A DNA stretch of 64,000 nt from an uncultured Solibacteraceae bacterium. GTDB taxonomy: Bacteria; Acidobacteriota; Terriglobia; 20CM-2-55-15. The stretch is taken from contig CAZPBY010000012.1 of NCBI GenBank assembly GCA_964584785.1, positions 56,590 through 120,589 of the forward strand, written 5' to 3'. Below the pieces are notes generated by a model that worked only from the letters and a program-made list of their open reading frames with translations, was not told where the DNA came from and did no database searches. This document shows, piece by piece, positions 1-7,215 of the stretch (position 1 is its first letter; every line of letters begins with the position of its first letter). A program made the position numbers and the translations under genes.

Positions 1-1656
1 GGCTACGGACTGTTGCTCGCGTTCATGATCGTCCTGGCGGTTTTCGTCTGGCGAAACGCTTCCGTCGCGACGAATGACGCAGTTCCGTCGCAGGCCGGAC
101 GCTCGCCGTCGTGGCGCACACGAATTTTCTGGCTTGCCGCTTCGTTTGTGCCGTCCGCGTTGATGCTCGCGGTCACCAATCACCTTACGTTGAACATCGC
201 GCCGGCGCCGTTGCTGTGGGTCATTCCGCTGGCGGTTTATCTACTCACCTACATTATGGCGTTCGCGCGCCGGCTTCGGCAGCGTACGGTAACGGTGTCA
301 ACGATTGCCACCATCGTCCTGCTCGTGTTTTTTCCTCTGGCCGCGTCCGGTGTTCCAATACATACCGCATCGATTTGGACCTTGATGGCTTGTCATCTGC
401 TGATCCTTTTCTTTGGTGCTCTGCTTTGTCACTCGTCACTGGCCGACAGCCGACCGCCGACGCAATACCTTACAGAGTTTTATTTTCTTCTCGCCTTGGG
501 AGGCGTGCTCGGCGGGATCTTCACGTCCATCGTGGCACCGGCAATCTTCAGGACCGTTCTGGAGTATCCGCTGCTGGTTGCTGTGCTCATGTTTTTTAGA
601 ATGCCTCCCGGGCAGCAGCGATCGCGGCCAGCGGACGCCGTTTGGATCGCGGCGTACGCGCTGCTGGTGGACGGCGCCATTCGAATGCTGAACTGGTTGA
701 AAGTGGACGCGGCGTCGTTCACGTTGTCGTGGCACTGGAAGGAGATCAGTCCCGACGACGTCATCGTCGCCACTACCGGTCTGGCCTTGCTGCTGACTCT
801 GATTCGATTCAGGAAGAGACGCATGGTGTTTGCCGCAGGCTTCGCGGCTTTCGTCATGGCTCTTGCGATCGAATTACCGAGACAGTACGAAACTACGGCG
901 ATCGTTCATATCGACCGCAATTTTTTCGGCGTGAAGAAAGTCCTGTTCGACGCCGGCGACAACGCACGCAAGCTTCTTCACGGCGACACTCTTCACGGAT
1001 TAGAGAGCCTTGATCCAGCTCTTCGCGGAGAACCGCTCTTTTATTACTACCGCGGCGGAGCCTTCAGCGATGTGATGCACACCTTCGACGGCCGGCGGAA
1101 TTTGCGTGTCGCCGTCGTGGGTTTGGGAACCGGGACGATCGCCGCGTATGCGACGGCAGAGCGGCACATTACTTTTATCGACATCGATCCTCAAATGGTG
1201 GACATCGCTCGCAATTACTTCACGTTTCTCGAACGCTGCGGCACCAACTGTGACGTCGTTGTCGGCGATGGAAGGCTGTCGCTCGAAGCCAGGTCCGAAG
1301 CCGATTACGACCTGATCGTTCTGGACGCTTTCAATTCGGACTCGATTCCCGCACATCTCATTTCGCGTGAGGCCGTGCGCTCTTTCCGTAGCAAATTGCG
1401 CGACGGTGGCGCGCTGCTGTTTCACGTTTCAAACCGCTATCTGGACGTCGGCAAGCTGGCCGCAGCAGTTTCGATCGATGAAGGTCTGCGCGCATTCCGT
1501 CGCGCCGATGACGATTACATTGTGGCCGTCCGGAACCCCGCTGACCTGGATGCGATCGCACATAAAGACCAGTGGAACGAACTGACGCGCAGCGCGGACC
1601 TCCGGGCGTGGACGGATGACTATTCGAACGTTGTGAGTTTGATTCGATGGAATTAG
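1..1656 (+). CDS. Membrane protein with a C-terminal spermidine synthase-like (aminopropyltransferase fold) domain. The reading frame is open to the window edge, so the gene is probably 5'-partial.
   Basis: 547-aa ORF. The N-terminal part has multiple hydrophobic helices. The C-terminal part carries the VVGLGTGTIA...IDIDPQMV...VVGDGR...YDLIVLDAF motifs typical of the SpeE-like Rossmann methyltransferase fold. No in-frame stop lies between position 1 and the first ATG at 13. Confidence 0.6.
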   Translation, partial: GYGLLLAFMIVLAVFVWRNASVATNDAVPSQAGRSPSWRTRIFWLAASFVPSALMLAVTNHLTLNIAPAPLLWVIPLAVYLLTYIMAFARRLRQRTVTVSTIATIVLLVFFPLAASGVPIHTASIWTLMACHLLILFFGALLCHSSLADSRPPTQYLTEFYFLLALGGVLGGIFTSIVAPAIFRTVLEYPLLVAVLMFFRMPPGQQRSRPADAVWIAAYALLVDGAIRMLNWLKVDAASFTLSWHWKEISPDDVIVATTGLALLLTLIRFRKRRMVFAAGFAAFVMALAIELPRQYETTAIVHIDRNFFGVKKVLFDAGDNARKLLHGDTLHGLESLDPALRGEPLFYYYRGGAFSDVMHTFDGRRNLRVAVVGLGTGTIAAYATAERHITFIDIDPQMVDIARNYFTFLERCGTNCDVVVGDGRLSLEARSEADYDLIVLDAFNSDSIPAHLISREAVRSFRSKLRDGGALLFHVSNRYLDVGKLAAAVSIDEGLRAFRRADDDYIVAVRNPADLDAIAHKDQWNELTRSADLRAWTDDYSNVVSLIRWN

Positions 1657-1815
1657 GGAATTTCGAAATTGGACGAGTCCTGCATTGCTAATCCGAAAAA
1701 ATCCGAAAACACAAATCTCAAACTGGACCTGACGGCCCGTCACAGGTCGAGGCGTCCAATTTGACATTTGTGTTTTCGGATTTGGCAATTCGCTTCGTCC
1801 AATTTCGAAATTCCC
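1656..1815. terminator. 160-bp nested imperfect palindrome between convergent genes. Outer arms are 20 bp (1656-1675 / 1796-1815), inner arms 16 bp (1701-1716 / 1766-1781), with a central tgacggcccgtca core. Proposed role is a bidirectional terminator or a MITE-like element.
   Basis: Direct reading: gggaatttcgaaattggacg at 1656-1675 is the exact reverse complement of cgtccaatttcgaaattccc at 1796-1815. atccgaaaacacaaat (1701-1716) is the reverse complement of atttgtgttttcggat (1766-1781). Confidence 0.5.
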
Positions 1816-1821
1816 TGTCTG

Positions 1822-2223
1822 TTACGTATTCGTGTTGAAGATATCCACAACCATCTTGATGTTGCCGTCCGTCTGCCGCTTCCAGATGACGACATACTTT
1901 CCCTGTGCCCGCGCGGTTTTGCCGGGCGTCGTAGGCAGATTCGCTTCGAACGTTCCGATCTCGTACGCCAAATCGCCGAACGGTTTGACGTCGACTACCG
2001 TCAGCTTGCCGTCGGATGCGCCTGCATCGAAAAAGGCTTTCCAGAACTGCTGAATGTTTTGCCGGCCTTTGACGATCGGCGACCCGGGAGGCAGCAGCGA
2101 CGCGTCTTCGGTGTAGAAATTGGCAATCGTGACCGCATCCTTGGCGTTGGCTGCTTTCTCAAAGACGGCGATCGCACTCTCAATGGCTGACCTGAAATCA
2201 AACGCACCTGTTGCTTGTGGCAT
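1822..2223 (-). CDS. SnoaL-like / DUF4440 (NTF2-fold) small protein.
   Basis: 133 aa of NTF2-like ketosteroid-isomerase-type sequence (FYTEDASLLPPGSPIVKGRQNIQQFW...GKYVVIWKRQTDGNIKMVVDIFN). Compact ORF lying downstream of the amidase on the same strand. Confidence 0.55.
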   Translation of the reverse strand: MPQATGAFDFRSAIESAIAVFEKAANAKDAVTIANFYTEDASLLPPGSPIVKGRQNIQQFWKAFFDAGASDGKLTVVDVKPFGDLAYEIGTFEANLPTTPGKTARAQGKYVVIWKRQTDGNIKMVVDIFNTNT

Positions 2224-2288
2224 TCTTACCTCCTTAAATTTCTGTGCGATAATTCTGTCACCCGGTCATCAAAGAAATACTATTTTCA

Positions 2289-4082
2289 TTAATCCAAATT
2301 CGGGTGTTTCAGATGATACCCGGTCGCGTCCTGGTAGGCCTTGACGACGGCCAACAGCTCGGCTTCTCCAAACGGCCGCGCGAAAAACGTGATGCTGGTT
2401 GGCAGACCGCCCTGGCTGAACCCGTTCGGGACAGCGATTGCGGGATAGCATGCAAGTTGCGCCATCGTCGAATGACGTCCGGCGACGTTCACATTGGGAG
2501 CGCCGCCCGCGGCTCCACCGCCGCCCCGCGCGCCCGCCGCTCCACGACCTCCGGTTGCGCCGCCGCCACCGGGTGCACCGACATTGCCCGCATTGCCTGG
2601 AGCGATCCAGACGTCGACGTCTTTTGTGGCCTCCGCGAGCATCATCATCATGACCATTCGAGCCCGCTGCGACTGCAGATACTCGACGGCGGGAACCACG
2701 CGAGCCTCGCGCAACTCCTGATCGAGCGATTGCAGGAGCAGTTTCTTCGTGCGGCCGTCACGCAGCGGGACATCGAAGAACGTGGCCTCTTCAATCGGAT
2801 AGGAAGTGACGTTCAATGAAAACTCGGGCACCTGGACCGGTATCAGGGTGAGTCCAAGCGCTTTCAGATGATCGAGTGTCTTCTGATCGCTCTCTTTGGA
2901 AACCGGATTGGTCACCTGATCGAAAGCATCCTTCAAATAACCGAATCGGATCTTCTTCACATCCTGCTGCCCGTTCCAGTTGAACGGAATGTCCTGCACG
3001 GTAAGGTCGCGATCGTCGGGCCGGCAGATGGCATTCAGGACCAGCGCGCAGTCCTCGGCGTACCGGCACATCGGCCCAAGACGGTCCTGCGTCCACGAAA
3101 GAACCATGACTCCGTTCCTGCTGACCCGTCCCAAGGTGGGCCGCAGTCCTGTGACACCGCAGCGCGTGGAAGGACCGATGATCGAACCGGCCGTTTCCGT
3201 TCCGATGGCGAACCCGACGCAGCCTGACGCCGTGGCGGAAGCCGGACCCGCCGACGATCCGCCCGAACCCTGCGTTGGATCCCATGGATTCTTTGTCTGA
3301 CCTCCGAACCATCGATCGCCGGCAGCCAGTTCTCCCGACACAAGTTTAGCGATGAGCACTGCGCCTGCCTCGCGCAGCATCTCGATAACGCTGGCATCCT
3401 GGTCGATCATCTGGTCCTTCCAGACCGGTGATCCCCAGGTTGTCGGATAGCCCTTGGCAGCGATGATGTCTTTCGCGCCCCATGGAATGCCATGAAGCGG
3501 GCCGCGGATTTTTCCGGCAGCGATTTCGGCATCCGCCTGTTTCGCCTGTTTCATCGCGAGATCGTCACAGAAGGTCACAACGTTGCTCAGCTTGGTGTTG
3601 TAGCGTTTCAAACGCGTCAGGTACATCGTGGTCAACTCGGTCGATGTCACCTGTTTCGTCCGAATCAGTTCCGCGAGGTGCCGCACCGGCCAAAACGCGG
3701 CGTCTTCCAGATTCGACGGCTTCCTGATGTTGGAGACAACGCTCATGCGCATCGGTTCGCGGCGCCGGTTGATCTTCATTCCCGGCACGAGAGCGCTGAA
3801 GTGAAACGGCGGCGAAACGTCGTTCGGGATCGGGAACTTGTGAAGGTCTTCGTATTGCGACAGGCTGCGATTGACGGTTTGCACCATCGCGTTTCGTTCC
3901 GCGTCGTTGAATTCCAGTCCTGATACGGCCAGGGCGGTTTTCAACATGTCCGCGCTGATGCGCGGTTCGCCGCTCTGCTGAATCTGCATCCAAAGCACAC
4001 CCGGTAATAAGGTCGAGCTGAGTCCCGTCCCAGCGAACTGTGCCAGAAAACGTCGTCGCGCATCGTTCATGTTCTTGATCAT
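2289..4082 (-). CDS. Amidase-signature family amidase carrying a twin-arginine (Tat) signal peptide and a Gly/Ala-rich low-complexity insert.
   Basis: GGSSAGPASATASGCVGFAIGTETAGSIIGPS amidase signature. N-terminus MIKNMNDARRRFLAQFAGTGL has the RRxFL Tat motif. Start moved to the ATG at 4082 because GGAGG sits 6 nt upstream; the longer 4142 ORF start lacks an RBS. The insert reads APGGGGATGGRGAAGARGGGGAAGGAP. Confidence 0.8.
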   Translation of the reverse strand: MIKNMNDARRRFLAQFAGTGLSSTLLPGVLWMQIQQSGEPRISADMLKTALAVSGLEFNDAERNAMVQTVNRSLSQYEDLHKFPIPNDVSPPFHFSALVPGMKINRRREPMRMSVVSNIRKPSNLEDAAFWPVRHLAELIRTKQVTSTELTTMYLTRLKRYNTKLSNVVTFCDDLAMKQAKQADAEIAAGKIRGPLHGIPWGAKDIIAAKGYPTTWGSPVWKDQMIDQDASVIEMLREAGAVLIAKLVSGELAAGDRWFGGQTKNPWDPTQGSGGSSAGPASATASGCVGFAIGTETAGSIIGPSTRCGVTGLRPTLGRVSRNGVMVLSWTQDRLGPMCRYAEDCALVLNAICRPDDRDLTVQDIPFNWNGQQDVKKIRFGYLKDAFDQVTNPVSKESDQKTLDHLKALGLTLIPVQVPEFSLNVTSYPIEEATFFDVPLRDGRTKKLLLQSLDQELREARVVPAVEYLQSQRARMVMMMMLAEATKDVDVWIAPGNAGNVGAPGGGGATGGRGAAGARGGGGAAGGAPNVNVAGRHSTMAQLACYPAIAVPNGFSQGGLPTSITFFARPFGEAELLAVVKAYQDATGYHLKHPNLD

Positions 4083-4232
4083 GCGTTTGCCTCCGAGAAA
4101 AGAGCGCATTTTATCAAAACATCGCATGCAATCTGGCAGCACGAAGCCCGCCGCTGCGCCATGTTTGTCCTTGCCAGGCCTTAAATCCCCCGAATATCCT
4201 TAATCCACTCCATGCATAAGGAGAATCGATAG

Positions 4233-4721
4233 ATGAGCAACATCACGTTAAAGGTGAACGGGAAATCCCACACCGTGGACGTCGAACCGTCGACGCCTCT
4301 GCTATACGTGCTGCGGAACGACCTCGGTCTGCGCGGCCCTCGCTTTGGTTGCGGGCTTGGCCAGTGCGGCGCATGCACCGTCATCATCAACGGGACGGCG
4401 ACGCGATCCTGCATCACGCCGACTTCGACCGTGAAGAGTGAGATCACCACGCTCGAAGGCATCGCGAAGGACGGCAAGCTGCATCCTTTGCAACAGGCGT
4501 GGATCGAGGAGCAAGTGCCGCAATGCGGCTTCTGTCAGAACGGGCAGATCATGACCGCCAAGGCACTGCTGGATCGCAACTCCAATCCCACCGACGCTGA
4601 GATCCGCGATGGAATGGCGGGTACGCTCTGCCGGTGCATGACGTACTACAGAGTTCAGGCAGCCATCAAGCTAGCCGCGAAAACAATCGCATCGGGTTCG
4701 AACAAGGGGGTCGCGTTATGA
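4233..4721 (+). CDS. (2Fe-2S)-binding small subunit of a molybdenum hydroxylase (aldehyde/isoquinoline oxidoreductase alpha-subunit-like).
   Basis: 162 aa with the CGxGxCGACTV plant-ferredoxin-like cluster motif and a second C-x-x-C...C-x-C cluster (QCGFCQNGQ...CRCMTY). AAGGAG RBS upstream. Confidence 0.85.
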   Translation: MSNITLKVNGKSHTVDVEPSTPLLYVLRNDLGLRGPRFGCGLGQCGACTVIINGTATRSCITPTSTVKSEITTLEGIAKDGKLHPLQQAWIEEQVPQCGFCQNGQIMTAKALLDRNSNPTDAEIRDGMAGTLCRCMTYYRVQAAIKLAAKTIASGSNKGVAL

Positions 4722-7096
4722 CACCCTTCACGAATCTTCCGAGGCAGATCGAAACCGCGCTCGACAACCTGGACCTCACAACTTCCAGACGAACCTTCCT
4801 CAAGACTTCCGGACTGCTTGTGGTGAGCCTCAGCGCTCCGGCGCTTGTTAGTGCGAGCACACAGACGACGCCGGCTCAGGGAGGGAGCGGTCCCTATCCG
4901 GATCCGGACTACAAACAGCTGGATTCGTGGATCGTGATTCATCAGGACAACACGGCCACGTTCTATGTCGGCAAGACGGATCTCGGCCAGGGGACGGGAA
5001 CGGCGTTCCGTCAGATGATGTCGGACGAACTCGATATCGCATTCGATAAAACGGCCTGCGTGATGGGAACCACCGATATCACCGTCGATCAGGGCGGCTC
5101 GGGCGGATCGGATGCCATTCAAGTGGACGGCTGGCCGATGCGGCGAGTCGCCGCCGAAGCACGACGTGTTCTTCTGGAAATGGCGTCGAAGCGATTCGAA
5201 GTTCCTGTCGATCAACTCAGTGTTCGAGATGGCCTGGTCACTGTGAAATCCGACGCGTCGAAAAAAGTGACGTACGGCGAACTGATTGGCGGGAAGAGAT
5301 TCAACGTCACACTGACCGGCAACAATGTCGACAACACGACGGGTGTCGCAAAAGTGAAACCGGTTCAGGAACTCCGGATGGTCGGGCAGTCGCCGCAACG
5401 TTATGACATTCCGCCGAAGGTTGACGCGTCGTTAACGTGGGCCGTGGACGTCAAGGTCCCGGGCATGGTGCACGCGCGCAACGTCAAGCCTCCGGTCGCT
5501 GCCGCGAAGCTGGTCAGCGTGGACGAATCGTCCGTGCGGAGCCTGCCGGGATTCATCAAAGTCGTCAGCAGGGGCAACTACGTCGCCGTTGTTTGTGAAC
5601 GCGAGGAACAGGCGATCAACGCCGCCAGACAACTCAAGTGCAATTGGGAAAAACCGGCGACGGCGCCCTTCCCGCCATCCGAAGACCTGTTCAAATTCAT
5701 TCGCAGCGCCACGCCCACATCGAGCGGCCGGCCCGCCGTGACGGGTGATCCCGACGCGGCGTTCGCTTCTGCGGCGAAGGTTATCGAAGCCGAGTACGAT
5801 TTTCCGTTCCAGGGGCACACTTCCATCGGTCCGGCTCATGCAATGGCCGATCCGTCCAACGGCCAGATGACGATCTATTCAAATGATATGAAGTCGTACG
5901 GACTGCGCACCGGCGTCGCGGAGTTTCTTCAGATGCCGCGCGACAAAGTGCGTGTCGTATGGATGGACGGACCGCAGGCCTTCGGCCGAACTGCCGCGGA
6001 TGACGCCGGTTTCGAAGCCGCGTTTCTCGCGAAAGAACTGGGCCGTCCGGTACGCGTCCAATGGATGCGGCAGGAAGAAACGGCGTGGGATACGAAAGGT
6101 CCGGCGTTCGCATTCAAGATGCGCGGCGCATTGGACGCGCAAGGCAATCTTGTGGCGCTGGACTACGACGCGCGAGCCGCGGACTACAACCATCTTGGAT
6201 ACAACGAACCGGACACCGTGTTGATCGCTCAGCTCATGGGCAGAAGGCGCTCGACGCCGGCCGGCGGCAGCTCGGCCACGCCGTCGGATATGTATGTGAT
6301 CCCGCACCGGCGGATGGCGACGAGTGTGGTTGGGCTGCCTCTCATTTGGGAAACGCCCGTCCGCACCGGGAACCTCCGCGATCCGAATGGCCCGCAGGTC
6401 ACGTTCGCCGCCGAATCGTTTATCGACGAACTGGCGGTCGCGGCAAAAGCGGACCCACTCGAGTTCCGCCTCAAGCTGATCAACGCGAGTACCACCGACG
6501 ACAGCGGCTTCAAGCGCGCCCGCTCGATTGCGGTTTTAAAAGCTGCGGCTCAAACGTACGGATGGGACACGCGTCCGTCGCCGAAAACGGCCGGAGCGGG
6601 AAATGTCCTGACGGGTCGCGGTGTGTCTTATACATTCCGGGGCCAAACGGTTTTGGCGGTGATCGCCGAAGTCGAGGTGAATCGCCGAACAGGCCACGTT
6701 TGGGTGAAACGGCTGGTATGCGCGCACGACTGCGGACTCGTGATCAATCCCGAAGCGTTGAAACGCAGCGTGGAGTGCGGGCTTCTTCACTCGCTGAGCC
6801 GCACCCTGCACGAGGAAGTGCGGTTCGATAGCGAGAAGGTGACGAGTGTGGACTGGAGGACACACCCAACCCTGACGCATGCCGACACGCCCGCAAAGAT
6901 CGATGTCGTGATCGTGAACGGCGATCCCAGTCCGAAGCGTCCGGATCTCCCGCACTACGGCGCCGGCGAAGCATCATGCAAGGCCATGATTGCCGCGGTC
7001 GGCAATGCGATTCACGACGCGACCGGAGTTCGGCTGCGACGCGTACCGTTCAGGGACGAACGCGTGTTGGCCGCTTTGAAAACAGCCAGCATGTAA
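4718..7096 (+). CDS. Molybdopterin-binding large subunit of an aldehyde oxidase / xanthine dehydrogenase family enzyme (IorB-like), with a Tat signal.
   Basis: N-terminus MTPFTNLPRQIETALDNLDLTTSRRTFLKTSGLLVVS carries a Tat motif. The remainder is a long Mo-hydroxylase beta-subunit-like sequence. The start ATG at 4718 overlaps the upstream stop (ATGA), and a GGGGG RBS precedes it. Confidence 0.8.
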   Translation: MTPFTNLPRQIETALDNLDLTTSRRTFLKTSGLLVVSLSAPALVSASTQTTPAQGGSGPYPDPDYKQLDSWIVIHQDNTATFYVGKTDLGQGTGTAFRQMMSDELDIAFDKTACVMGTTDITVDQGGSGGSDAIQVDGWPMRRVAAEARRVLLEMASKRFEVPVDQLSVRDGLVTVKSDASKKVTYGELIGGKRFNVTLTGNNVDNTTGVAKVKPVQELRMVGQSPQRYDIPPKVDASLTWAVDVKVPGMVHARNVKPPVAAAKLVSVDESSVRSLPGFIKVVSRGNYVAVVCEREEQAINAARQLKCNWEKPATAPFPPSEDLFKFIRSATPTSSGRPAVTGDPDAAFASAAKVIEAEYDFPFQGHTSIGPAHAMADPSNGQMTIYSNDMKSYGLRTGVAEFLQMPRDKVRVVWMDGPQAFGRTAADDAGFEAAFLAKELGRPVRVQWMRQEETAWDTKGPAFAFKMRGALDAQGNLVALDYDARAADYNHLGYNEPDTVLIAQLMGRRRSTPAGGSSATPSDMYVIPHRRMATSVVGLPLIWETPVRTGNLRDPNGPQVTFAAESFIDELAVAAKADPLEFRLKLINASTTDDSGFKRARSIAVLKAAAQTYGWDTRPSPKTAGAGNVLTGRGVSYTFRGQTVLAVIAEVEVNRRTGHVWVKRLVCAHDCGLVINPEALKRSVECGLLHSLSRTLHEEVRFDSEKVTSVDWRTHPTLTHADTPAKIDVVIVNGDPSPKRPDLPHYGAGEASCKAMIAAVGNAIHDATGVRLRRVPFRDERVLAALKTASM

Positions 7097-7103
7097 CGGC
7101 ATT

Positions 7104-7141
7104 GAACCTGCGCTAATTTGACGTTCCGGTAGCGCAGGTTC
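7104..7141 (+). terminator. Hairpin after the molybdoenzyme operon (12-bp perfect stem, 14-nt loop).
   Basis: gaacctgcgcta (7104-7115) pairs with tagcgcaggttc (7130-7141). No clear U-tract follows, so intrinsic-terminator status is tentative. Confidence 0.4.
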
Positions 7142-7215
7142 ACCGGCCGTTAAATCTTGTAAATGGACGCTGGAGGGTTGCACAAAATCTGTCATCCATC
7201 GTCAAATCGCGGGAT

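Noticed and set aside
2494-2721. Pro/Ala-rich plus-strand ORF (MGAPPAAPPPPRAPAAPRPP...) antisense to the amidase.
   Set aside because: It is the mirror image of the Gly/Ala-rich insert of the amidase, has no RBS, and lies entirely within a well-supported CDS.
4121-4137. TGGCAGcacgaaGCC sigma54-like element in the amidase / 2Fe-2S divergent region.
   Set aside because: The GG-GC spacing is one nucleotide short of the canonical -24/-12 geometry.
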